Shown: positions 40,739 to 62,360 of the stretch, piece after piece
Numbering within the stretch: the stretch's first letter is position 1
Layout of the letters: each line of letters opens with the position of its first letter
Assembly (NCBI GenBank): GCA_020137815.1
Contig: CM035358.1
Span: 2,480,001-2,544,000, forward strand
DNA length: 64,000 bases
From: Hormiphora californensis
Lineage: Eukaryota > Animalia > Ctenophora
Direction: 5' to 3'
Made by a program: the position numbers and the translations under genes
The notes under the pieces: model-generated
The model's database searches: none
The model's input: only the letters and a program-made list of their open reading frames with translations
Told to the model about the DNA's origin: nothing

Positions 40739-43703
40739 TTACAACTTCTTCTTCTTCTTGATTCCGCCACGTGTTTTCTTGTTGCGTTATCGATAATCTG
40801 CTGGGCTTGTTTCTTGATGTGCAGCCGAGTGGGCGCTTCGTCATCCGGATCACTTTCGTCCTCATCTGAGGGGTCTGGGGTGTCACGGGTGAGGTTGGGT
40901 GTTTTTTAGAGGTGTCACGGGTGAGGATGGGTGTTATTTACTATGTAGAGGGGTCACGGGTGAGTTAGGGTTTTTTTTTATCGTTTCAAGCAATTCTAGA
41001 GTTCAAGAAAAAGAATCTTACCATCGTAAGCACCACGATCACTAGCAGCAGGCAAGTTGATTCGAACGTTGTACTGAGGTAGTTTGTTCTCAATCGACAC
41101 CCTAAACTCTTCATCTTCCATTCCACTGCAAACAAAAAGAGTAAAATCGTAGCAACAAAATTCCCAAATTTCTCTCAGATACCATTTCCCTACACCGGAA
41201 TCTAACTGGAATCTAACTTATATCATTTTTTACCTGTAAAGCTCAGAGACATCCTTGCCATCGAGTTCCTCCATGAGTTTCATCAGCTTTTGTTCACACT
41301 GTCCCAGAAGGTCGATGATAAAGTCGTCGCCAGTAGATGTCGATTGCCGAACAGGTCCTTGTCCCTTGGGCTGAGAGAGATGTGATGAGAATCTAAATAG
41401 TTCTATCGACATGCCCAACGAATCATCTGTACAGTTTATGGCTTGAAAATTGAAATTCAGCAAAATTATGTAAAATTCAATCAGCACCTACCAGTTTTAG
41501 AGAGATGAGTTTGTCCGATAAATGCTCCACACCAGCCTTGACGTGAGAAGAATCCTGTCCATTCTCTCTTGTCTGGTCTTGCTATCGTTAGTCTTCGTCT
41601 CACACTCCTCAAGCTTGGCCTGAAGCACGGCGGTGGTTCAAAGTTAGCACAGAAAAGAAACATCATCATATTTTGGTTTTAACCGTTACCCATAGCTATA
41701 TTTTAAATTATTTTAAAAACTATTTTCCCCAAAGTGTTAACTGATGTCCTCGAGAATTCTCTGGCCACTGGAAAGTTTAGCCTCACCGCTGTACTTCATG
41801 CTCTCAAACTCAGCCTGGAACTTGAACTTCTCCTCCCTCAGTCGCAGAAGGGTCTTCTCATTGTCAAGCTTCAGCTTCTCCAAATGTTTCTGGGTTTCAC
41901 CTTGGAGAAGGAACCTTTGGACAACTTCCTGGAAAAAGATGTGTTAGTCATAATGGTAAATTATCCTGAATAATGAGATCTGATCAAGAATTAAATAGGG
42001 AAGAAAATCGAAAAATACTGGGTCAGTTATCCCTTTAGTTTTAGAGGCAATTTTTTTGCGTACGGCCGGTGTTTTAAATGAGTACCTGGGGTTTGGAACT
42101 AGAAGAATAATCCGACATGGCCTGAACTAAATGTAAGGTAACAGATCGATCAATCAATCAGATGTTCCTACATCAATTATTTTATCAAATCTCAAAACGA
42201 ACCTGGATATCAGAAACACCCGTGGCCTCCTTAATCTTGTGCATGGCCTCCTCGTACCCCATGATCTTCCTCTCTTGTTCCTCTCCGCTCATCATCTTTT
42301 TGTCTTTCTCAGCCCCAGTCAGCTCCTCAGTATGGATACTAGATCTAAACAGAGACGGAGTGAGTGGTACCAAAGGGAATAGTTGCCTGGCTAGACTGTG
42401 TTTCGGGCGCCCCAAATGTAAAGGGAGGGTTAGAACATAACAAGGGAATAGATAATTGCCCTTGGTTTAGGAAATCAATCTAACTCTGTTGAGCACTTTA
42501 CCAGGAATCCCTTTCAGATTAAAGATTTTTATAGGTGACCTACCGAGCCATTCGTTTCTCCACCTTTTCAGCGTGGGTCTTCTTTTCATCGGCCTGCTTC
42601 TTGTAATCCTGGAGAGCCCGCTCTCGTTCCCTCTTGTTCTGTTGTACTTTAGAGTCCTGGAAGGATTATATTGTTGATACTTTGATACTTTTCCGGTAAT
42701 ATATTGCTGTAATATATTGCTGATATAATGATATATGTATGTCACGAAAACCGGGCAAAATAACACGAGATAAGATGTGTTTTCCAACCTGGTAAGCGAG
42801 CTCTTCCTTGGCGGTATCTCGAGCTCTTTCAGCTTCATTATTCATCACTAGAATCTCTTGGTACTCCCTCTTCTTGTTTTTAATTGTCGTCTGGAGCCTG
42901 TCCACATGATTATCAAATTCAAGACGCTCCTGGGAAACAGAAATGATAATAATGAGATCGAGACATTGAATTAGAGGGTTATAGTTTGATAAACATGGTT
43001 GGGAATCAAATTCTTACATCCTGCAGCGTGTAGAGAATCTTCTTGTAGGTGTTGTTGATGTGGTTTGCCTCGACACACTTAATATTGGCCTTGTCCAATC
43101 GGTTCTCAAGGACTCGGAGGGTCTGGCAGCTGTCATTCTCTCCCGTAGCACCATTCTCAGCCTCTTTAGCGTCGTCCTTCATCTGGCCTAGATCCGTCTG
43201 TAGAAGAAAAAAGCGGATAAAACTCAAGAAGTGCAATGAAAATCTCACGTGTTTCATAGTGATGGCAACTCCAGGCAACCCCCCCCCCTTCAGGCAACCC
43301 CCGATTGGGAATTAAGTACCTGTAGTTGTTTGATCTTCTTCTCCTTACAGTTTGCCTTGTGGCACAGGGCATTGTACTGCTTGATAAGCTCACAAACTTT
43401 CTGATCGTACTTTGCAATCACTTTCTCCTGGCTAAGTATACCACTGCGGACAAGGGAGACCTCGTTCCTGGTCGAAGCATTGAACGCACTCAAGATCACC
43501 TCCTCGTCCCCAGCTTGACCCTTAGCAATGGCCAGTTCTTGGTGGAGTTTCTTGTTGCGGAGTCTCAACTTTGCGATCTGTTCCTTGTTCTTGTTCATCG
43601 TGATTTCCGAGCTCTCGAGGTACGCTTTTCGGTCGCCATCCGTAAGGTTTAGCTTCTTCCGAAGCTCCTCGATTTCCTCCTGTATCGCTGCTGTGTTGTC
43701 CAT
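40739..43703 (-). CDS. CCDC151: Outer dynein arm docking complex subunit CCDC151/ODAD3
   Basis: ELRKKLNLTDGDRKAYLESS, LRVLENRLDKANIK, YEEAMHKIKEATGVSDIQ, KLPQYNVRINLP, PTRLHIKKQAQQII; coiled coil, multi-exon; last exon probably has a 1-nt error. Confidence 0.88.
41961..42023. mobile_element. Short fragment of the tRNA-like repeat unit
   Basis: GAATAATGAGATCTGATCAAGAATTAAATAGGGAAGAAAATCGAAAAATACTGGGT matches the left end of the 25167 array. Confidence 0.75.
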
Positions 43704-44286
43704 CCTACCTTTCTGGACACTATCAAGGGTTAGATGAAGTAAGCTGATAATATAATTAGCGTGGGAGATTGGTAGTGGGGTATAATTGGAATCATGTTGG
43801 TTTGGCAGTTGGCTGAGACTAGTTTGCAGCTCCGCGATTGCTGCAAAAATTTTAATGCCGAAAAAGAAGAAATATTGAGACTCCTTGGGGATTCCCAGTT
43901 ACTTTTGGAGATCCCTTTTCACTTTGTTCAGGTTCAAGTACTCTGTACTTCTCTGAAAAACACCGACCGGTTAAAAAAAATAAAAATTCGATTTTCAAAA
44001 ACTTCAAAATTCGAAGGAAAATGAATTTCGAAATTAAATATAAAATCCCCGCGCGCGCTCCACTTCTTGTCGCGCGGCGGCTTTCGCGGCGTAGACTACA
44101 AAATTTTGCGTTTACGACAGGAGTAAAATTAAAACAGACTTAATTGAGATATGAAGCGTCTTAGCAGATAAAATTAACTCCAATATTTACATCAGATATC
44201 AGTCAAATCCAGGATACTCAATTCACAGTCCATACGGTAACAAACTACCGATTTAGTCATAATATAAATGGTCTTCTAAACAATAA

Positions 44287-44786
44287 GGGTCACCACACAC
44301 CAAAGTTAAAATTAAAATTAAAATTTTGATTTTAAACCCGCACACACCAGCGGCCGTTAAAATTTCTCTCCCCATTCTAAAAGTAACAATCTCACACACG
44401 ATTTTGACGGTCGCGTTGGATGACAAAATTTTAACACGCCGTTAAAATCGCGCGCGAGATTGTTAAAGTCGGATTTTTTGAAACTGTCACCCCCTAGTGT
44501 TTTCAAATTTCTTTAAATAACCATAAGTCCGGTTCCTGATGAGATAGAGACTTGAAATTTGGAAGTTACGAAGATCTTGCTAAGTTCTTCCGAACCTCCA
44601 AATTTCAAGTCTCTATCTTATCAGGAACCGGAGATATGACAAATTTTGTTATTTCAGGGGGGTGACAGTTTCAAAAAATCCGAGTATACTTTTAGAATGG
44701 GGGAGAGAAATTTTAACGGCCGCTGGTGTGTGCGGGTTTAAAATCAAAATTTTAATTTTAATTTTAACTTTGGTGTGTGGTGACCC
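44287..44786. mobile_element. Harbinger-like MITE containing a nested Kolobok-like MITE
   Basis: ~100-bp arms starting GGGTCACCACACACC, TAA TSD; inner AGTCGGATTTTTTGAAACTGTCACCCCC inverted pair at ~44467-44685. Confidence 0.8.
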
Positions 44787-44842
44787 TAACATAATAAATT
44801 AACGAATGGCTTACTTTCGATACAAAATCTTATTCCAGGATC

Positions 44843-54036
<9,194 letters not shown>

Positions 54037-54301
54037 TTCTGCTAATGATATTAAGTGATAAGCAGTCATCTCAATTATAATTGGGGTCGAGGATCAAACT
54101 TGAACCCGGAAACGTGAGGGTGGGGTCTAGGGATTTTAGAGGGCATTAAAAAGTCATAAAAACAGTTAAATTGCACAAAAAATGAATACTAACAACATAC
54201 ACATAACCAAATACTACATACACTCAAAACGGTTAAAATCCCAATAAAATTCTAAACAAGCACATTTCGAAAAAAAACCAACATTGTTCACCCCTAAACA
54301 C

Positions 54302-55345
54302 TTATTTATCACAGTCGATCAGCACCTTGACACCAGTCGCAGCTTTTGTCAGCTCAAAAGCTTTTACCGCCTCAGCAAGTGGAAATCGATGGGTGACCAA
54401 CTTTTTAACATTGACAGCTCCGCTCTCTACCAGCTTTAGAGCGGCGGGATAACAGTTGGCGTACCGGAAAATCCCATAAATATCAATCTCCCTGATGCCA
54501 ACGGCAACAATCGGGAAATTAATCTCTGCTTTACCGTACCCCACCTGGACATACGACCCACCCGGTTTAGTAGCCCACAGCCCACAGTGGACACTAGATT
54601 CCACCCCGGTACACTCAATGGTTAGGTCAGAGAACCCTCCCCATTGTGCCACAACCTGCCCCGCTACCTCTCTCCCATCACGTGACGTCACGTGATGCAC
54701 GTGGTCTGCCCCCAACTCACGTGCCATTTCCAACCTCCCCTCGGATAAATCAGTTATCATGACCTGTGCACCACCCGCCTTGGCGACCATCAGGTTCACC
54801 AGACCGATTGGACCAGCCCCACACACTAAAACACGCTGCCCAAACCGCAGTTTACCCCTCCTACACGCGTGAACTGCCACGGCCAGGGGCTCAAGAAGTG
54901 CTCCTTCATCAAGAGAAACGTTGTCAGGGAGTTTGTAGCAGAAAGCCGCCTTGTGGCAGTAAAATTGTGCCAAGGAGCCATCTATGGGGGGAGTTGCACA
55001 AAACTTCATCTCGGGACACAAGTTGTACCTCCCACCCAGACACACCTCACAGGTATAACACGGTACCCCAGGCTCTACCGCCACTCTATCACCTGGTTTC
55101 AGGTTCTTAACCCCACTCCCAACCTCGTCTACAATCCCAGCTGATTCGTGACCAAGTACCATTGGGTCTCGGACAATGAAATCGCCAATGCTACCCGCTT
55201 GCCAATAATGGACGTCCGATCCACATATCCCGACAGGTCCCATTCGGAGGCGGACCTCATCAGGTGCGGGGGTGGGGATACCCCCGGGAAGGGGTTCAAC
55301 CCGCATATCTTGAATCTTGTGGAGTATCACACCAATGTTTGACAT
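54302..55345 (-). CDS. SORD: Sorbitol dehydrogenase
   Basis: 347-aa ORF; GICGSDVHYW, GHESAG, structural Zn cysteines, GAGPIG, GIFRYANCYP. Confidence 0.95.
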   Translation of the reverse strand: MSNIGVILHKIQDMRVEPLPGGIPTPAPDEVRLRMGPVGICGSDVHYWQAGSIGDFIVRDPMVLGHESAGIVDEVGSGVKNLKPGDRVAVEPGVPCYTCEVCLGGRYNLCPEMKFCATPPIDGSLAQFYCHKAAFCYKLPDNVSLDEGALLEPLAVAVHACRRGKLRFGQRVLVCGAGPIGLVNLMVAKAGGAQVMITDLSEGRLEMARELGADHVHHVTSRDGREVAGQVVAQWGGFSDLTIECTGVESSVHCGLWATKPGGSYVQVGYGKAEINFPIVAVGIREIDIYGIFRYANCYPAALKLVESGAVNVKKLVTHRFPLAEAVKAFELTKAATGVKVLIDCDK

Positions 55346-55442
55346 GATGCAATACTGAAAACAGGGGGAGGGGTTGTAAATTGGGGTAAATAGGGGAGAA
55401 GGGGTTGGGTTAAATGGGAAGAGTGATTAATTGGGGTAATTA

Positions 55443-55598
55443 AGTTTCTTAGAGATTATGGGGGGTCAAAGTTTCTTAGAGATCAGGAGGTCAAAGTGTG
55501 AAAGTTTCTTAGAGATTAGGAGGTCAAAGTGTGAAAGTTTCTTAGAGATTAGGAGGTCAAAGTGTGAAAGTTTCTTAGAGATTAGGAGGTCAAAGTGT
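55443..55598. repeat. 33-bp minisatellite
   Basis: AAAGTTTCTTAGAGATTAGGAGGTCAAAGTGTG; resumes at 56005-56047. Confidence 0.85.
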
Positions 55599-55633
55599 TA
55601 GTAGAGGGGGTTGGAACACCAGGAGGAAGATCA

Positions 55634-56004
55634 GTAAACATACACACAAATTGAGCAGGCTCAATTTAGCTAATCACTGGCGGGGTATGGGGCTGAGGCA
55701 CTGGCAAGATATAGTGGGATCGCTACTTCCCACATCTCATGTGTATCCCGAATTGCGAATTTAAAAGGGTTGGGTGGTCTCTGGGACCGTCTAGACTTCG
55801 CTCCCTGTTAACATGCCAGAAACCAGGGGTCCATCTAGCTCTCATACGCATTCGGCCATTACTTTCCCAACCAGTAGTACTGGATTTCACATCCTCTTAT
55901 AGATGTGGGAAGTAGCGATCCCACTATATCTTGCCAGTGCCTCAGCCCCATACCCCGCCAGTGATTAGCTAAATTGAGCCTGCTCAATGTGTGTGTATGT
56001 TTAC
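55634..56004. mobile_element. 371-bp inverted-repeat element
   Basis: ~104-bp arms starting GTAAACATACACAC, interrupting the 33-bp minisatellite; TSD unclear. Confidence 0.75.
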
Positions 56005-56226
56005 AGGTCAAAGTGTAACAGTTTCTTAGAGATTAGGAGGTCAAAGTGGGGTTCCTATTTTAGGAGGAAAGTACAAAGGAATACAAATATATTCTTTCTG
56101 TGATTAAGATTGCAGTCATTAAATCGATCAGTAATTGTCAACTGTAAATGGTCGGTATCTAGGCACAGCCCGTTTACAATCTGTACATTCCTAGGCTGAA
56201 TCGGTTTTAAACTGAAAATATAAGTC

Positions 56227-57057
56227 TCAGTTTGCCATTAAAACAGCTCCCTTTTTCTTTGCCACCAAATCTTCTCCAGTGTTCTTAGCCCCCGCATACC
56301 CAGTTGAACCTCTCTTTAAAATTATCACATCTTTTTCCTTCAGCTTTACTCCCGTGAGCGGTTCCACCATGTCTTCCTTGACCAATTTCTCGTAACAATC
56401 AAGAGTAATGACATTACCACTGGGTCGCAGGACGACGCAAGTTGATCCGTTCGAGAGGGCATCGTGGGTCACGGCACACATATACCTGACCTCCTGACAT
56501 ATCGTGCTTGTACCTTGGTCGTCCTGGGGCATGGGGGTGAATTTCACAGAAATTAGGTCCTTGAGTTTTAGTTGCTTCGCCGTAATTGGACAGTAAGTTT
56601 TTGTGTCTGGTTTTTTGATACTCTCTTCCACGGCATGCCCCTGCAAGTTTGGCACCCAGAAATTATTCAGCTGCTTCGATTTATCCACTACGTCAGTTTC
56701 CCTTGGTTTGATAGCAGAACTGGGACCCTGTTGCCGCACAAACTCATCATGCCCAGCAGTGGATTTTCCAGACTTTTCCTTCAGATGCTTCGAATAAGCT
56801 TTCTCTGCTTTTGCAATCTTCTTCTTTTGTTTTAGAAGGTTTGTGAGGATTGCCTCCCGTTCAAAAAGGTATCCCTCTTGCGTTGTTACCGGGTCCTTGC
56901 ACGGTTGGAGAGTGAGACAACAACAATCGAAATTCCGGGCACTGTCTCGGCCAATATGAGCGGACTGTGTTCCATAAGATCCCTCAGCTGTATCCTTCTG
57001 TCTCTCGTGGTAGGAGTATACTGCACTGGCTGTTGCATTTTTACCGTGTCGTGTCAT
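56227..57057 (-). CDS. NOSIP: Nitric oxide synthase-interacting protein
   Basis: MTRHGKNATASAVYSYHE, FDCCCLTLQPC, GYLFEREAIL, RYMCAVTHDALSN; single-exon 276 aa. Confidence 0.95.
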   Translation of the reverse strand: MTRHGKNATASAVYSYHERQKDTAEGSYGTQSAHIGRDSARNFDCCCLTLQPCKDPVTTQEGYLFEREAILTNLLKQKKKIAKAEKAYSKHLKEKSGKSTAGHDEFVRQQGPSSAIKPRETDVVDKSKQLNNFWVPNLQGHAVEESIKKPDTKTYCPITAKQLKLKDLISVKFTPMPQDDQGTSTICQEVRYMCAVTHDALSNGSTCVVLRPSGNVITLDCYEKLVKEDMVEPLTGVKLKEKDVIILKRGSTGYAGAKNTGEDLVAKKKGAVLMAN

Positions 57058-57631
57058 AGCTTTAGGGAACGATTTAGAGGAACTTTAAGTGGAATTAAAA
57101 AATCTCTTCGAAAATTTAATACGTTTATAAAGTCGGATTTTTTAACTTGTCAACCCCCCCCCCCCTTTTCACGCACGGCGTCGTATTTGCGTGGGACAGC
57201 CTGCCTCTACTTCCTCTTACTTTTGGGGCAAAAAGCCGCATATCACCGCAAAGAGCATAATTTTGTGAGTCTGTAAAACTTTTGTTTGACGAAATTGGTT
57301 AAGAAACAAAGGCGTGAGAGCCAAAACAAGTTTCCGACTTCTAAATCGGTGCAGTAATTTTCAAGCAGCGCTTTTCAAAAGAGTGTGCTAAAAGTTTGGC
57401 AACCGCTGCTGGGCCCGGCTCTGGCAGCGCTTAACGCTTTTCAAGTTTGAAAATTTGAAGTTTGAAAATTTGTCCTCAGCTCAGTTCGTGTGAAGTTTTT
57501 TTATTTTGAAGTTTTACAGTTTCTCCAAGTGCAGTGCTTATATTAATGTTTAGCGCGTTACGTTTCTTTCGGTATATTGAGCGCTTTTCAAGTTACAAGT
57601 TTGAAAATTTGTCCTCAGCTCAGTTCGTGTG

Positions 57632-58486
57632 GGAAAGCCGGGTTGACCGGTTCAACTTTATATAAGAAATAAATCAGGTTACACAATCACTATATACACA
57701 TTAAATTGGTCATTAGGACTATAAAAGTAATAAGTTAGATTATAAGGTTAAAATCATTGTCATAAGAATTAAATCGGGTAAAACAGTTTCCTCTGTACCC
57801 CCTTATTGATATCAGTATAGTCTTCAGCAGACAAAATGAAAGGCGGAGCCGGATATAGCGGATGGAGTCGCTGTAGGTGTGGCCTGTTTTGTTGGATAGA
57901 AGGGTTGCGGCCCGTTTGTAAAAAACTTCCGCTTTAGGACCCATCAGGCCTGTAGTAGAGAACACAAGCGGCATGAAAGTCGCCTTTTCTACCTGTATTA
58001 CACGGTCGTTATAGTTCCGGATCTTCTCCTGTTCGTGTCTCCGAAAAGTGTCATCCACGGACTGGCGGTTGTTAGTGGGTGCCAAAGAGTTGAAAACCCT
58101 TATATCCGTGTAAACCTTATCGAGCGGGCTCCACACACCTCTGGCCGAGACGTCAAGTCGGGCACTGTTCTCAGTGATTGTTGAACGATAGTTGAACGTC
58201 TCGCCGGAGATGGGAAGGAGCTGAGGCTCGACTTCAACATCCTTACACCCAGCCTCGAGTAGAATATTAGCAGTCAGGTCCCTGATGTTATTGTGGCGCA
58301 TATACACGTACCCGCCAAGAGCGCATGATAAGCAATGTTCAAGGGTATTGACCTTTCCACAGGCACAGGACAGGGGAATGTTTTGGAATGGCAGATTGTA
58401 TCTGAGAAGAAGGGCGTCATGAAACTGCTGTTTGTTTAGTACAAAACCGTGTTCCTTTAGAGGGAGGGCGGTTAGCCAACTAGAAA
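57632..58486 (-). mobile_element. 5'-truncated CRE-clade non-LTR retrotransposon
   Basis: SSWLTALP, CACG...HCLSC zinc knuckle, RHNNIRD, ARLDV, EQEKIRNY, PLVFSTTG (restriction-like endonuclease); 13-bp TSD CTCAGTTCGTGTG (57619-57631, 58487-58499). Confidence 0.85.
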
Positions 58487-59768
58487 CTCAGTTCGTGTGA
58501 AGTTTTTTTATTTTGAAGTTTTACAGTTTCTCCAAGTGCAGTGCTTATATTAATGTTTAGCGCGTTACGTTTCTTTCGGTATATTTGCAGCGTATAAAGC
58601 GATTAAAGGATCGCGCCGCGCATATTAAAAACAAAATTCGAAATATACAACATTTTTAAATCTGCCAAAAAATCGGGCCAGCGTTAAAATCTGGGTGTTT
58701 GGAGAGTGCTGACAAACGGTTTTTTAGGGTTAGGGCTAAAGTGGGGTTAGGGTTAGGGCTGGGGTTTGGGTTGGGGTTAGGCCTTGACATTTCCTACCAG
58801 ATAAACTTTGAATTAGCCAAAATGGTTGAGTGGTCCTCCTTGGTACCTGGTTCTACACCCCCTCCCTCCTTGGTTCCTGCTTTTGCACCCTCCCTTCTGC
58901 ATCCCATCCGGATTCGTGTCTCCACATCCTTCCACTTTATCACACCGGATCTTCCCTCCCTGGACAGCTACTAAACACATTACTACCTTTGGTACGTATT
59001 TGTTCTGAAAATCGGCATTTTCTCACCACCCACCCTCCCTGCAGGGAGTGGTACTGGTTATGGGAGTGCGAACGAGAGACCCGATATTTGACGAATGAAA
59101 CACTAATCCGTGCCGACGATGCACAGGCGCCCTTAGTAAGGGCCCCTTACTGATACCAAATCAAGCGTTCTGGACTTTTGTATGATCGGGGGCTAATTTA
59201 TTAACAATTTAATTTATTCTTTTTTAGTGTTTTTTATAAGTTGTGTTTTGAAGTTGCTCCGGTTGTTGCGAGCAAAATTGCGTTAAGTTCATATAGACAA
59301 TGTTATCCACTTGAGAAAGTGATACTTTAGAGAGTGCGTTGGCACCATTTTTCTGGGTATATATTCACTATTGAGTGGGATATTAAGTGCATAATTTACA
59401 TTACATTACATTACATGCGGTTAGAGCCATTTTAGTGAATCAACTTTTTTGGCAGCGCGCACCTGTAAACAGGCCACCAAACACCCAGATCGTAACGGCG
59501 CCCAAAAAATCGCGTTTCTGGTTACAGCTTTCGCTTTTCGGCTTGAAAGCGCTGAATTGCCTGATATTTAAATAAAAGAATGCAGCATATGATCATCTTA
59601 AGGCTTCAAAATTTACTTTTGGAAAGTCTCATGATGATTGGAGTGTAGATTAAGGTTTTTAAAATTCTTTTATCAAAATAATATACTATTTTTTAAATAA
59701 AAGTCTAAATATTCTGACCTTATTATATATATCCCTAATCCCTATCAGCTATCCTTCCGCTAGTTACA

Positions 59769-60581
59769 ATGGCAACATCTTCAACTGAGGTTACACTGCT
59801 TGTCAAGGAAGGAGATCCTATTGCAGTAGAGAGTGAGATCCTAACATCACAGAGTCCTGTGTTCAATAAGATTATCAATGAGGACCATGAAATGACTTTA
59901 GACTTGACAGAATTTGATAGGGAGGTGGTCTGGACTGTCGTGGAGGTGCTTCGTGGAAGGATTGGATGGACTAGTGGAGTCCCACCTATAAAATGGATTT
60001 TGGGCATTTTTCCTGTTGTTGGTCCCGGGATCGGGAGACCAGTAATAGTACTAGATGACGTCTTAACCAAAGATAATTTTCAGCAGTTCAATATGATGAA
60101 AGAGGCATGGGGGAGCAGGGAAAAATTCATAGCACCACTCAAGTGGAAGATGGGTATACTGCCAGCACTTAGGGGGGCTTTACTTGACGCCTACATTAAT
60201 AAACACGAGACCCACGACTGGGTAGCATCTGAATTAATAGCGACTCTGGTTGAGCACGGTCCAAAAGATGGTGTTGTTCATCTTTACACATGGTTTACAG
60301 ATCTCCTCCAGACACGTGACTGTCAGCCCCTGACTTTGGGTGAAAGGAGCCTGCTCAGGGATAAGACTCTGGCATTTTGTGTCAGGCAGAGCCCAACTAC
60401 ATATGACCGCCTAACAAAGATGCTTGCAGAAAAAGCGATAGATGTTGATCTGAGGTTTGTCATGCTTAAAATGGCCAACGTTTCAATGGCTCTGTCAGAT
60501 ATGGTGGGGACAGCAGTAGCAGTTGTCGGGTATCCCAACAATTTCGCTATATTAAGTCAGGGTCAAAGACGAGGGACTTAA
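59769..60581 (+). CDS. Intronless ORF with N-terminal BTB/POZ-like region
   Basis: 270 aa; EVTLLVKEG...ILTSQSPVFNKII...LDLTEFDREVV resembles BTB. Confidence 0.55.
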   Translation: MATSSTEVTLLVKEGDPIAVESEILTSQSPVFNKIINEDHEMTLDLTEFDREVVWTVVEVLRGRIGWTSGVPPIKWILGIFPVVGPGIGRPVIVLDDVLTKDNFQQFNMMKEAWGSREKFIAPLKWKMGILPALRGALLDAYINKHETHDWVASELIATLVEHGPKDGVVHLYTWFTDLLQTRDCQPLTLGERSLLRDKTLAFCVRQSPTTYDRLTKMLAEKAIDVDLRFVMLKMANVSMALSDMVGTAVAVVGYPNNFAILSQGQRRGT

Positions 60582-60920
60582 TTTCGGTTTCTACTGCACT
60601 TACCAACCACTAATTCAAGGATGCTACACACTTTAGCGCCCTCAATTTTGTATCTATACTACTTATGGTTTTGGCATCAAGCTGGAAATACAGGTACTGG
60701 GCTCACCAATGTGATCGTTAATGGAGATCGTACGAGATGGGTCCATTCCATTCAACTCTTGTTACAGTTTTTTTTTGTCGTGTATGATTTAGAATATAAA
60801 CTCTTTTACTTTTTAGTCGCAGAGGCCAAACGTTTATTATGGTCTTTTATCAGAAAAAAATTCAGAAAAAAATGTAATTCCATAGAATTTCATATTTTTT
60901 GTTATTTAGCTAGCTATACC

Positions 60921-62295
60921 ATGGTAAACTCAAAGAAACGACAATGCAGCTGGGACTACATTGGATTCCCAGAACTCACCCTAGAAGAACGGCAACAATT
61001 GGAGAAAAGATTCGTCCTCGGTAAATATATTTTTATGCGTGTGGAAATAATAGTTTTATAGTAGCGTGAACACAGTGTCGATTCAAGCAAATATTATCAT
61101 AACTAATGATAACAACAGAATTGAACAGCTACCATTCAGTCACTTCATGACATTGTACTGGCTTGTCAGCTTAATTCCAAACTTTCTTGAGTATTGATCT
61201 CCATTTCACTCACCAAGTGCATCATCTCACTCTACTAACTATTGTAATGATACCCTTAGATTGTGTGGCAGTGGCACATTTATCGGATGAATCGAAGAAC
61301 AAAACTAATCCCTCTGTCCAGGTGGTCGTCCCACTTTACAATCCCCAACTTGACAAACACTGCACCGATTATTTTCACTACAAGGGTGTCAAAAAGGTAA
61401 CAGAATGCTTTTTCTTGCCTAGCTAGACTGTATTTCGTGCGCCCCGCTTCTTTACAAATGTAAAGAAGGGTTAGAACATAACAAGCTTTTTCTTCATATT
61501 CACCGGATGCCTACCGCGTATATTCCTGTTATAAAAGTTGTGCTTTGTTTAAAACGCTTGTATCTCTGTTTTTAAAAACTTCTCTTGTCCTGTTCTTTTT
61601 CAATTGTCATCAATTTCTCTTGAAATAACATATGTTTCACCGTTTAGTGTTCACGTTTATCAGCTTTTACACCGAAATTCCGACATTTAATTCAACTCGT
61701 CATTTTTATTGTAGTAGATTAATGGAGAACTCAAAAAGTGCTAGCACTCACGACCATGGGTATCGTGTTGTGAGATGTCGTTGCTAGGGGTTACCAAGGC
61801 CCGTAATTCACTTTACAGTGCTGTTATTCTCCTTCCTTTATCTTCAGCTCCCATTCCTTCATATTCTATTATCGAATCTATACTCTACTATTGAATAATC
61901 ACTCCATTTCTCCACCAACAATCCACTTCCATGATACTACTGTACACTTTTTGCTTTTCTTCCACGGTAGATAGATGATCGCGTTCAGTGAGTCACGTTA
62001 ATCACTGACATAGTTCCATGTTAGAATGAAACTCGGTCGAGCAAGAAAATGATACTTTTTGCGTTTAGGATCATGCTATCTCACGTTTTTCTATTTTCAT
62101 TCTCTTCCTATGCCAATCTCTCTCGCTTTCACTCTGTCTCTCTGTTTTTCATCTAGTCACAACTCTTGCACTCACATATTATTATAGGTATCCATTCTTT
62201 ACAATACCTCTCCATCTGCTACGCTTCACTGGTCACTGGTCGTGAGGCCTCACGTGTGCCTTGCCCTTCCATTGACACGAGACAAGAGTGAGAGA

Positions 62296-62360
<65 letters not shown>

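Noticed and set aside
58722-58782. TTAGGG-like tract as a telomere
   Set aside because: Short, degenerate and interstitial, with genes on both sides.
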